A DNA stretch of 64,000 bases, taken from the NCBI RefSeq assembly GCF_056746865.1, contig NZ_CM163382.1; one strand, 5' to 3'. Position numbers and translations under genes: made by a program. Every line of letters starts with the position of its first letter. Positions within the stretch are counted from its first letter, which is position 1. The notes below the pieces were generated by a model. That model did not search any database, was not told the DNA's origin, and saw nothing but the letters and a program-made list of their open reading frames with translations. Shown here one piece after another: positions 37,926 through 46,474 of the stretch.

Positions 37926-38243
37926 TCATGTTAACCGTTCCTTAAAGACGCCGTTTAACATGCCGATCGCCAGGCTTAAATGAGTCGGTGTGAATCCCAT
38001 CAGCGTTACCGTTTCACGGTGCTTCTTCAGTACGCTACGGCAAATGTCATCGACGTTTTTATCCGGAAACTGCTGTCTGGCTTTTTTGATTTCAGAATTA
38101 GCCTGACGGGCAATGCTGCGAAGGGCGTTTTCCTGCTGAGGTGTCATTGAACAAGTCCCATGTCGGCAAGCATAAGCACACAGAATATGAAGCCCGCTGC
38201 CAGAAAAATGCATTCCGTGGCTGTCATACCGGGTCTCTCTCAT
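37926..38243 (-). CDS. Hypothetical phage protein
   Basis: 105-aa ORF (possibly starting internally at MTPQQENAL). Confidence 0.35.
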   Translation of the reverse strand: MRETRYDSHGMHFSGSGLHILCAYACRHGTCSMTPQQENALRSIARQANSEIKKARQQFPDKNVDDICRSVLKKHRETVTLMGFTPTHLSLAIGMLNGVFKERLT

Positions 38244-38415
38244 CTGCTTCTGCTTTCGCCACCATCATTTCCAGCTTTTGTGAAAGGGATGCGGCTAACG
38301 TATGAAATTCTTCGTCTGTTTCTACTGGTATTGGCACAAACCTGACTCCAATTTGAGCAAGGCTATGTGCCATCTCAATACTCGTTCTTAACTCAACAGG
38401 AGATGCTTTGTGCAT
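38224..38415 (-). CDS. Hypothetical small phage protein
   Basis: 63-aa ORF upstream of exo in same orientation. Confidence 0.35.
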   Translation of the reverse strand: MHKASPVELRTSIEMAHSLAQIGVRFVPIPVETDEEFHTLAASLSQKLEMMVAKAEADERDPV

Positions 38416-38566
38416 ACCGCCTCCCGTTTATTATTTATCTTCTCAGCCAGCCGCTGTGCTTTCAGGGGATTTCTGATAACAGAAAGGCCGGGAAATACCC
38501 AGCCTCGCTTTGTAATGGAGTAGACGAAAGTGATCGCGCCTACCCGGATATTATCGTGAGGATGCG

Positions 38567-39247
38567 TCATCGCCATTGCTCCCCAAATACAAAACCAATT
38601 TCAGCCAGTGCCTCGTCCATTTTTTCGATGAACTCCGGCACCATCTCGTCAAAACTCGCCATGTAATTTTCATCCCGCTCAACCACGACATAATGCAGGC
38701 CTTCACGCTTCATTCGTGGGTCATAGTTGGCAAAGTACCAGGCATCTTTTCGCGTCACCCACATGCTGTACTGCACCTGGGCCATGTAAGCCGACTTTAT
38801 GGCCTCGAAACCACCGAGCCGGAATTTCATGAAATCCCGGGAGGTAAACGGGCATTTCAGTTCAAGGCCGTTGCCGTCACTGCATAAACCATCGGGAGAG
38901 CAGGCGGTGCGCATACTTTCGTCGCGATAGATGATCGGGGATTCAGTAACATTCACGCCGGAAGTAAACTCAAACAGGGCTCTGGCGTCGTTCTCGTACT
39001 GTTTTCCCCAGGCCAGCGCCTTAGCATTAACTTCCGGAGCCACACCGGTGCAAACCTCAGCCAGCAGGGTGTGGAAGTAGGACATTTTCATGTCAGGCCA
39101 CTTCTTTCCTGAGCGGGGCTTTGCTATCACGTTGTGAACTTCTGAAGCGGTGATGACGCCGAGCCGTAATTTGTGCCATGCATCATCCCCCTGTTCGACA
39201 GCTCTCACGTCGATCCCGGTACGCTGCAGGATAATGTCCGGTGTCAT
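38567..39247 (-). CDS. exo: Lambda-type 5'-3' exonuclease (Red alpha)
   Basis: 226 aa, near-identical to lambda Exo as I recall it ([40 protein letters not shown]...). Confidence 0.95.
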   Translation of the reverse strand: MTPDIILQRTGIDVRAVEQGDDAWHKLRLGVITASEVHNVIAKPRSGKKWPDMKMSYFHTLLAEVCTGVAPEVNAKALAWGKQYENDARALFEFTSGVNVTESPIIYRDESMRTACSPDGLCSDGNGLELKCPFTSRDFMKFRLGGFEAIKSAYMAQVQYSMWVTRKDAWYFANYDPRMKREGLHYVVVERDENYMASFDEMVPEFIEKMDEALAEIGFVFGEQWR

Positions 39248-40029
39248 GCTGCCACCTTCTGCTCAGTGGCTTTCTGTTTCAGGAATCCAAGAGCTTTCAC
39301 TGCTTCGGCCTGTGTCAGTTCTGACGATGCGCGAATGTCGCGGCGAAATATCTGGGAACAGAGCGGCAATAAGTCGTCATCCCATGTTTTATCCAGGGCG
39401 ATCAGCAGAGTGTTAATCTCCTGCATGGTTTCATCGTTAACCGGAGTGATGTCGCGTTCCGGCTGACGTTCTGCAGTGTATGCGGTATTTTCGACAATGC
39501 GCTCGGCTTCATCCTTGTCATAGATACCAGCAAATCCGAAGGCCAGACGGGCACACTGAATCATGGCTTTATGACGTAACATCCGTTTGGGATGCGACTG
39601 CCACGGTCCGGTGATTTCTCTGCCTTCGCGGGTTTTGAATGGTTCGCGGCGGCATTCATCCATCCACTCGGTAACGCAGATCGGATGATTGCGGTCCTTG
39701 CGGTAAATCCGGCATGTGCAGGATTCATTGTCCTGCTCAAAGTCCATACCATCAAACTGCTGGTTTTCATTGATGATGCGGGACCAGCCATCAACGCCCA
39801 CCACCGGAACGATGCCATTCTGCTTATCAGGAAAGGCGTAAATTTCTTTCGTCCATGGATTAAGGCCGTACTGGTTGGCAACGATCAGTAATGCGATGAA
39901 CTGCGCATCGCTGGCATCACCTTTAAATGCCGTCTGGCGAAGAGTGGTGATCAGTTCCTGTGGGTCGACAGAATCCATGCCGACACGTTCAGCCAGCTTC
40001 CCTGCCAGCGTTGCGAGTGCTGTACTCAT
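39244..40029 (-). CDS. bet: Lambda-type single-strand annealing protein (Red beta)
   Basis: 261 aa, near-identical to lambda Bet ([59 protein letters not shown]...). Confidence 0.95.
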   Translation of the reverse strand: MSTALATLAGKLAERVGMDSVDPQELITTLRQTAFKGDASDAQFIALLIVANQYGLNPWTKEIYAFPDKQNGIVPVVGVDGWSRIINENQQFDGMDFEQDNESCTCRIYRKDRNHPICVTEWMDECRREPFKTREGREITGPWQSHPKRMLRHKAMIQCARLAFGFAGIYDKDEAERIVENTAYTAERQPERDITPVNDETMQEINTLLIALDKTWDDDLLPLCSQIFRRDIRASSELTQAEAVKALGFLKQKATEQKVAA

Positions 40030-40034
40030 CCGTT

Positions 40035-40331
40035 TTATACCTCTGAATCAATATCAACCTGGTGGTGAGCAATGGTTTCAACCATGTACCGGATGTGTTC
40101 TGCCATGCGCTCCTGAAACTCAACATCGTCATCAAACGCACGGGTAATGGCTTTTTTGCTGGCCCCGTGGCGTTGCAAATGATCGATGCATAGCGATTCA
40201 AACAGGTGCTGGGGCAGGCCTTTTTCCATGTCGTCTGCCAGTTCTGCCTCTTTCTCTTCACGGGCGATCTGCTGGTAGTGACGCGCCCAGCTCTGAGCCT
40301 CAAGACGATCCTGAATGTAATAAGCGTTCAT
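40035..40331 (-). CDS. gam: Lambda-type Gam (RecBCD inhibitor), 98-aa form
   Basis: [60 protein letters not shown]... matches lambda GamS. Confidence 0.93.
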   Translation of the reverse strand: MNAYYIQDRLEAQSWARHYQQIAREEKEAELADDMEKGLPQHLFESLCIDHLQRHGASKKAITRAFDDDVEFQERMAEHIRYMVETIAHHQVDIDSEV

Positions 40332-40406
40332 GGCTGAACTCCTGAAAATGGCTGTGAAAAAATCGCCCGCGGAATGCCAGGCTGATTCGGAAAACAGGAA
40401 AGGGGA

Positions 40407-40697
40407 TTAGTGATTCAGACCGTTGCCGCGTCCGTCGAGAAAAACTTCCACGAGCAAGTCACGGGTATAAGTGCGCTCAATGCCGCGATGCAGATAAAGT
40501 CGTCCGCGTAAATTAGCTGATGCAGTCCAGGTACCATCTTTGCGTTTGACCAGCATTCCTGGCATGACCGCACCGCGATTAACGGTCTGCGTTCCGTAAT
40601 GTTGATGAACCATAAAAACTCCTGCCCGTAAGCTGGGCTGCTGAACATATAAAGACTTCTGCGCGTATTCAGGCGGTGGATGGCCGCCGGTTGTCAT
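40407..40697 (-). CDS. Hypothetical protein, first ORF downstream of the putative pL
   Basis: 96-aa ORF with GAGG RBS; no recognisable N/kil/cIII motif. Confidence 0.4.
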   Translation of the reverse strand: MTTGGHPPPEYAQKSLYVQQPSLRAGVFMVHQHYGTQTVNRGAVMPGMLVKRKDGTWTASANLRGRLYLHRGIERTYTRDLLVEVFLDGRGNGLNH

Positions 40698-40879
40698 AAC
40701 TAAGCCGCCTCGTTGAAGCGACTAAGGTATGAAATGTTGAGTTGATTTCAGCTGGTCACACCGACGTTCACGCGTCCGTTTCATCCCTCGCACTCCCCGA
40801 AGCCTGCTGAAATTCAAGCTGCGGATCTAAGCGGTCATCGCAACGGTGAATCAGGTAGTTGCCGTATCGTTGTGTTGTT

Positions 40880-40970
40880 GCGATGAACTTATTTAAAACT
40901 ATAGTTGTTTTATCGTCAACAACAAAAGTTGTTTTATTGGTTGTTTTAGATATAACTGGTTGTATTTAGG
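40880..40970. promoter_or_regulatory. Putative OL/pL operator-promoter region
   Basis: Repeated TGGTTGT/ACAACAA half-sites (caacaacaaaagttgtt, ttattggttgtttt, taactggttgtat) shared with the cI-cro intergenic region. Confidence 0.55.
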
Positions 40971-41057
40971 ATGGATTTATTTTGTGACTTGAATCGCATA
41001 GCGATAACTGAAGCGAGGTTATGGTGGTTTTTTTAACGGTGTGTGTGATGAGGGGAG

Positions 41058-41087
41058 GGCAAAAGAAAACCCGGCACGGTGGCCGGG
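41058..41087 (-). terminator. Rho-independent terminator ending the cI-distal operon (tImm analogue)
   Basis: cccggcacggtggccggg hairpin followed on the minus strand by a U-rich tract, directly after the 310-aa gene stop. Confidence 0.7.
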
Positions 41088-41095
41088 TAGCATCA

Positions 41096-42028
41096 CTATT
41101 CGATTTTTTTAACCATGTAGTTACGTCGTGATGTTCCTAATCTTTCATTGTGAATCTCAGAAACGCTTACTACGAGCGATATTCGTTCACCAACTTTATA
41201 TTTACTTTGAATTTCTCCTAACATATCAATCGGATAAGAAGCCTTTATTTTTCCAAGCTCGCTTGCAATCTCCAATTTCCCGTACATGGATAAAATAGCA
41301 AGTTCGCCTGATATATGCTCATCCGGTAGCTGAATGACCTTCGTTAAAGCTAAGCGAGCATTCAGTTTTTTTATATCTTCTGAAGAAATTGACACTTGTC
41401 TGGTACCATCACTTAAAGGTCCAATCCAAGTAAGATCAAAGTTAAGACTATATTTTTCGCACTCATTTATGATGTTTTTTAGGTTAGCTGTTGATTGCGA
41501 ACCAATTTCGGCAATTTTAGCCGTGAATGTTTCTTCATCAATGGATGAGAGTAGTGCAAAAATCTCCTTAACAGCATGACTGGATACTGTTTCGATGAGC
41601 TCGCAAGAACCAGTAGAAAAAGTAACACCTAACTTCGTCGAACCTGGACGCAAGTCTGCCAATCTCATGTCTAATGATTTTTTAACATCAATCGGCACAC
41701 GACTAGAATCTTTCCCAGATCCAAGTCGGTAAACTGCTTTCTGTACAAGGGATGCGAGATTACCTGAAATTACAGATAGAATATCTAACGGAATAGACCC
41801 GAAATCGACCAAAACACCTTTTAATCTCAACTCCATGAAATCACGTAAAGGATGTTGGTTATCGATTGCACGTTGTCTCTCTCGGAGATCGCTCAGATGG
41901 GAGTCAAGTGATCTAAATATAATGTCATCAGCAAATGATCTCCCCTTATTTTGAGCAAGCAGATCCACATCGCGTTGAATGAACGCAATTCGCTCCTTGA
42001 GGGAGTTGAATGTTTTTTCTTCGCTCAT
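41096..42028 (-). CDS. Hypothetical protein, distal gene of the rexAB-position operon
   Basis: 310 aa; AT-rich; start overlaps stop of upstream 157-aa gene (ATGA); no recognisable family. Confidence 0.6.
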   Translation of the reverse strand: MSEEKTFNSLKERIAFIQRDVDLLAQNKGRSFADDIIFRSLDSHLSDLRERQRAIDNQHPLRDFMELRLKGVLVDFGSIPLDILSVISGNLASLVQKAVYRLGSGKDSSRVPIDVKKSLDMRLADLRPGSTKLGVTFSTGSCELIETVSSHAVKEIFALLSSIDEETFTAKIAEIGSQSTANLKNIINECEKYSLNFDLTWIGPLSDGTRQVSISSEDIKKLNARLALTKVIQLPDEHISGELAILSMYGKLEIASELGKIKASYPIDMLGEIQSKYKVGERISLVVSVSEIHNERLGTSRRNYMVKKIE

Positions 42029-42498
42029 AACATTACCCTCACGAGGCCTTTAGGATTCTCCTTCCGATCAAAACCAAACCACCCTCTCCAGTAACTTCGC
42101 CTTTCACTATAATCGATTTCTGGATGATTTTCAGGCAGCAAAAGAACGTCAATGCTGTAGTTTTCTTTAATAAAATCTCTATTTAACAATGAGCTGACCA
42201 ATGGCATCAGCGTGTTTGGCAAAGAGTTTAGGGCCAAATAATCGACGACCACGAGTATATCTATGTCATCAGGTTCAGGTTTCTCTGTAGTGAATGAACC
42301 ATCGATCCACACTTCAGAGAAACATAGACACTGCTGATTAACAAGTTTAAATTGCTCAATAAGCTGTATAAAATTACAGTATAGCATACTTCTTCTAACG
42401 GATTTTGGGAAGGTGTCGACACAAAGAGACTTGATGCCATCACTATCCATATCATGAAATCCTGCTGTAAGAAGAGGTGGGAAGCTAGGCTTTTCCAT
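42025..42498 (-). CDS. Putative minimal nucleotidyltransferase-fold protein, proximal gene of the rexAB-position operon
   Basis: 157 aa; GS-x9-DxD motif (WIDGSFTTEKPEPDDIDILVVVD) typical of the Pol-beta NTase superfamily; AT-rich. Confidence 0.55.
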   Translation of the reverse strand: MEKPSFPPLLTAGFHDMDSDGIKSLCVDTFPKSVRRSMLYCNFIQLIEQFKLVNQQCLCFSEVWIDGSFTTEKPEPDDIDILVVVDYLALNSLPNTLMPLVSSLLNRDFIKENYSIDVLLLPENHPEIDYSERRSYWRGWFGFDRKENPKGLVRVML

Positions 42499-42579
42499 CC
42501 TAAGTCCTTGTTTATGCCATATAGTGTTCTATTTAATATTCTTGAAAAGAGTGTGCCTTAAAAAGCTACAGGCTAATTA

Positions 42580-43269
42580 TTAACCATGCTTCCTGTACGT
42601 CTGCGGCATGCTCCCAATAACCTTACCGAAGATGAACACCCGGTTCATCTCGTCTTTCTCGATCGGGTCCCACGGTGAGTAGCTTTTGTTATCAGAGATG
42701 ACCAGCAGCTTATCCTTCATCATTTGCAGGCGCTTTACATGGGCTGTGTCGTCGTACAGAAACGCATAGATACCATCACCGTCGAAAGATTTAACTGTGA
42801 TATCAACGAACAGCAGATCACCTGGTTCGATCGTTCCTGACATGCTGTCACCACGCACGTTAATGATGCGGATATTTTCCGCCTTCCTACCATCGAACAT
42901 GTGACGAGCATCGTCAAACGAGTACTCAACCGAGCGTAGAACTTCTACAAACTCACGGTTGATGACTCCCGGCCCAGCACTGACTTCTATATCAAGAACG
43001 TCAATCTTGAAGTATTTGGAATGGCTGACAGTTGATTGTATTGGTTGCACTGTACTGTCTGACATATTTCCAACGCCAGAAGATAACCATTCTGCGCGCA
43101 CACCCAAAGCGTTCGCGATCTCCACGATTTTAGTTGTTTGATTAGCTTTCCCTGTTTCGATTTTCTGAATAGCAGCCTGGCTAACCCCGACCAAATCCCC
43201 AAGCGCCTTTTGTGTAAGGCCTCGCGCTAATCTGGCTTCTTTAAGTCTTTCTGAGAGTGTTGTTTTCAT
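42580..43269 (-). CDS. cI: CI-like prophage repressor (HTH plus S24 LexA-like autopeptidase)
   Basis: 229 aa from MKTTLSERLKEARLARGLTQKALGDLVGVSQAAIQKIE; C-terminal S24 region (GDSMSGT ... K); divergent from cro. Confidence 0.85.
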   Translation of the reverse strand: MKTTLSERLKEARLARGLTQKALGDLVGVSQAAIQKIETGKANQTTKIVEIANALGVRAEWLSSGVGNMSDSTVQPIQSTVSHSKYFKIDVLDIEVSAGPGVINREFVEVLRSVEYSFDDARHMFDGRKAENIRIINVRGDSMSGTIEPGDLLFVDITVKSFDGDGIYAFLYDDTAHVKRLQMMKDKLLVISDNKSYSPWDPIEKDEMNRVFIFGKVIGSMPQTYRKHG

Positions 43270-43274
43270 AGTCC

Positions 43275-43373
43275 AAATGTACAACCAAGGTTTTATTCCA
43301 TCAAACGAAAATGGTTGTTGACTAAAAACAACCATAGTTTTAATCTTGATTCAAATTAACCACGGAGGTTGTT
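43275..43373. promoter_or_regulatory. Putative OR/pR/pRM operator region
   Basis: Inverted repeat ATGGTTGT-n9-ACAACCAT (43311-43335) plus further ACAACCA/GGTTGTT half-sites between divergent cI and cro. Confidence 0.6.
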
Positions 43374-43604
43374 ATGAACCCAGCTATCAAAACAGCGATC
43401 AATATCGTTGGTTCACAAAAGAAACTGGGCGCTGCTTGCGAAGTTTCACAGCAGGCCGTCTATAAGTGGCTTCACAACAAAGCAAAGGTATCCCCTGAAC
43501 ATGTCGGCAGCATTGTTACGGCTACTGGTGGAGTAGTGAAGGCATACCAGATTCGCCCGGATCTTCCGAAGTTGTTTCCACACACCGAAAAGAACGCAGC
43601 TTAA
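43374..43604 (+). CDS. Cro-like HTH regulator (YdaS-like)
   Basis: 76 aa; HTH KKLGAACEVSQQAVYKWL; first gene rightward of the operators. Confidence 0.7.
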   Translation: MNPAIKTAINIVGSQKKLGAACEVSQQAVYKWLHNKAKVSPEHVGSIVTATGGVVKAYQIRPDLPKLFPHTEKNAA

Positions 43605-43673
43605 ATTTCCATTTCACGCTCTTTAACAATAAGCAATCAACTTAACAGTCAATTCAAACTAAAGGAGTCAATT

Positions 43674-44213
43674 ATGCAACCACTTCCATACCAACAGACT
43701 AGCGGATTTAGCCCGACTGCGGTGATAAATCGTTCTCAAACAAAACAGGTGCCAGGCCACGAAAAAATCCGTGATGCCGTCCGCGCCTGGTCGGCTGTAG
43801 ATAATCAGGATGTCGTTGCCACACTCATTGTGAATGAGTATCGGGAGCAGGGCGGCGGCACCATCGATTTCCCTGATGATGTCAGCCGTGCACGCCAGAA
43901 GCTGTTCCGCTTCCTCGATAACAAATTCGATTCTGAAAAATACCGAAATAACGTGCGTGAACTGACCCCGGCAATTCTGGCGGTACTACCGCTGGAATAT
44001 CGCGGTTACCTGGTTGAGCAGGATAGCTTCATGGCTAGGTTGGCTGAAATGGAAAAGGAACTCAGTGAGGCAAAACAGGCTGTCATTCTCAACGCACCAC
44101 GCCACCAGAAACTGAAGGAAATTAGTGAAGGTATTGTATCGATGTTTCGTGTGGACCCAGATCTGGCTGGTCCATTGATGGCGATGGTTACTACCATGCT
44201 GGGGGCGATATGA
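43674..44213 (+). CDS. CII-position regulatory protein (YdaT/CII-like family suspected)
   Basis: 179 aa; position between cro and O; family assignment from memory, not verified. Confidence 0.45.
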   Translation: MQPLPYQQTSGFSPTAVINRSQTKQVPGHEKIRDAVRAWSAVDNQDVVATLIVNEYREQGGGTIDFPDDVSRARQKLFRFLDNKFDSEKYRNNVRELTPAILAVLPLEYRGYLVEQDSFMARLAEMEKELSEAKQAVILNAPRHQKLKEISEGIVSMFRVDPDLAGPLMAMVTTMLGAI

Positions 44214-44299
44214 CAGGTTCAGAAATGGCGAAAGCCGGTCTGCTGGAACAGAACCGACTTTCAGGTGCAAATCGTAACACACTCATTGCGGGAGGAATT

Positions 44300-45229
44300 A
44301 TGGCAAACACTGCTGAGATATTCAATTTTCCAGTGCCGGATGCGGCACAAAAGGAGCCGCGCGTGGCAGATCTCGATGATGGTTATACGCGCATTGCAAA
44401 TGAGTTGCTGGAAGCTGTGATGCTGGCCGGATTAACACAGCACCAGCTTCTGGTCTTCCTGGCTGTCATGCGCAAAACATATGGCTTTAATAAAAAACTG
44501 GATTGGGTGAGCAACGAGCAACTTTCCGAATTGACCGGGATATTGCCGCACAAGTGTTCTGCTGCAAAAAGCGTTCTGGTAAAGCGTGGGATTCTTATTC
44601 AGAGCGGGCGGAATATCGGCATTAATAATGTGGTCAGTGAATGGTCAACATTACCCGAATCAGGTAAGAAAAATAAAGTTTACCTGAAAGAGGTAAATTT
44701 ACCTGAATCAGGTAAGAAAAGTTTACCCAAATCAGGTAAAGGCGTTTACCCGAATCAGGTAAACACAAAAGACAAACTAACAAAAGACAATATAAAACCT
44801 TTTTCGTCCGAGAATTCTGGCGAATCCTCTGACCAGCCAGAAAACGATCTTCCTGTGGTGAAACCGGATGCTGCAATTCAGAGCGGCAGCAAGTGGGGGA
44901 CAGCAGAAGACCTGACCGCCGCAGAGTGGATGTTTGACATGGTGAAGACTATCGCACCATCAGCCAGAAAACCGAATTTTGCTGGGTGGGCTAACGATAT
45001 CCGCCTGATGCGTGAACGTGACGGACGTAACCACCGCGACATGTGCGTGCTGTTCCGCTGGGCCTGCCAGGACAACTTCTGGTCCGGTAACGTGCTGAGT
45101 CCGGCCAAACTCCGCGACAAGTGGACCCAGCTCGAAATCAACCGGAACAAGCAACAGGCTGGCGTGACAGTCGGCAAACCAAAACTCGACCTGACAAACA
45201 CTGACTGGATTTACGGGGTGGATCTATGA
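44300..45229 (+). CDS. O: Replication initiator O (lambda-like C-terminus, divergent iteron-binding N-terminus)
   Basis: Start at ATG 44300 (MANTAEIFNFPVP) with GGAGG RBS; C-terminal ~110 aa match lambda O (PENDLPVVKPDAAIQSGSKWGTAEDLTAAEWMFDMVK...). Confidence 0.85.
   Translation: MANTAEIFNFPVPDAAQKEPRVADLDDGYTRIANELLEAVMLAGLTQHQLLVFLAVMRKTYGFNKKLDWVSNEQLSELTGILPHKCSAAKSVLVKRGILIQSGRNIGINNVVSEWSTLPESGKKNKVYLKEVNLPESGKKSLPKSGKGVYPNQVNTKDKLTKDNIKPFSSENSGESSDQPENDLPVVKPDAAIQSGSKWGTAEDLTAAEWMFDMVKTIAPSARKPNFAGWANDIRLMRERDGRNHRDMCVLFRWACQDNFWSGNVLSPAKLRDKWTQLEINRNKQQAGVTVGKPKLDLTNTDWIYGVDL
44640..44770 (+). repeat. Origin iterons (ori) inside the O gene
   Basis: Four or more direct repeats of tacc(c/t)gaatcaggtaa(g/a), giving the repeated LPESGK peptide; followed by an AT-rich stretch. 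Confidence 0.75.
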
Positions 45230-45927
45230 AAAACATCGCCGCACAGATGGTTAACTTTGACCGTGAGCAGATGCGTCGGATCGCCAACAACATGCCGGAA
45301 CAGTATGACGAAAAGCCACAGGTACAGCAGGTAGCGCAGATCATCAACGGTGTGTTCAGCCAGTTACTGGCAACTTTCCCGGCGAGCCTGGCTAATCGTG
45401 AGCAGAACGAACTGAACGAAATCCGCCGCCAGTGGGTTCTGGCTTTCCGGGAAAACGGGATCACCACGATGGAACAGGTTAACGCAGGAATGCGCGTAGC
45501 CCGTCGGCAGAATCGACCATTCCTGCCATCCCCCGGACAGTTTGTAGCCTGGTGCCGGGAAGAAGCATCCGTTATTGCCGGACTACCAAACACCAGCGAG
45601 CTGGTTGATATGGTTTACGAGTATTGCCGGAAGCGTGGCCTGTATCCGGATGCAGAGTCTTATCCGTGGAAATCAAACGCGCACTACTGGCTGGTTACCA
45701 ACCTGTATCAGAACATGCGGGCCAATGCGCTTACTGATGCGGAATTACGGCGCAAGGCTGCCGATGAACTGACTTGTATGACCGCGCGAATTAACCGTGG
45801 TGAGGCGATACCTGAACCAGTAAAACAACTTCCTGTCATGGGCGGTAGACCTCTAAATCGTGCACAGGCTCTGGCGAAGATCGCAGAAATCAAAGCGAAG
45901 TTCGGACTGAAAGGAGCAACTGTATGA
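45226..45927 (+). CDS. P: Replication protein P (DnaB helicase loader)
   Basis: 233 aa, near-identical to lambda P. Confidence 0.92.
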   Translation: MKNIAAQMVNFDREQMRRIANNMPEQYDEKPQVQQVAQIINGVFSQLLATFPASLANREQNELNEIRRQWVLAFRENGITTMEQVNAGMRVARRQNRPFLPSPGQFVAWCREEASVIAGLPNTSELVDMVYEYCRKRGLYPDAESYPWKSNAHYWLVTNLYQNMRANALTDAELRRKAADELTCMTARINRGEAIPEPVKQLPVMGGRPLNRAQALAKIAEIKAKFGLKGATV

Positions 45928-46226
45928 CGGGCAAAGAGGCAATTATTCATTACCTGGGGACGCATAAGAGCTTCTGTGCGCAGGACGTTGCTGCGGTAAC
46001 AGGCGCAACAGTAACCAGTATAAATCAGGCTGCGGCTAAAATGGCACGGGCAGGAATCTTGGTCGTTGATGGTAAGGTCTGGCGAACGGTGTATTACCGG
46101 TTCGCTACCAGGGAAGAACGGGAAGGAAAGGTGAGCACGAATCTGATTTTCAAGGAGTGTCGCCAGAGTGCCGCGATGAAACGAGTGTTGGCAGTGTATG
46201 GAGATATGAACTTAAACTTGCTGTGA
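45924..46226 (+). CDS. ren: Ren (Rex-exclusion resistance) protein
   Basis: 100 aa, matches lambda Ren (MTGKEAIIHYLGTH...). Confidence 0.88.
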   Translation: MTGKEAIIHYLGTHKSFCAQDVAAVTGATVTSINQAAAKMARAGILVVDGKVWRTVYYRFATREEREGKVSTNLIFKECRQSAAMKRVLAVYGDMNLNLL

Positions 46227-46474
46227 CGGTTTTCATCGGTAACACACCATGTAATCTAGCAGTCAGCTTAGAAATAGGAGCGGCAGTTAAAGATTTTTCA
46301 GTTAGTAGAAAATTACTGTTATTGCAGGGATCTAATCACCGGAGAGTCGTTCCATTTGTCTTATGATTACCTGAAGTCCGTTAGTTCGTTGGTAATCACC
46401 GTTTTTGTTAGAGAAGTAAGCATCGCTGACAAAATATTCTCAACGATGCCTGCTTTATTGCTACTACAAATTAA

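Noticed and set aside
44640-44770. Possible CRISPR-like short repeat array
   Set aside because: The repeats are ~18-bp iterons inside the O coding frame, with no spacers of CRISPR size and no cas genes; this is the replication origin
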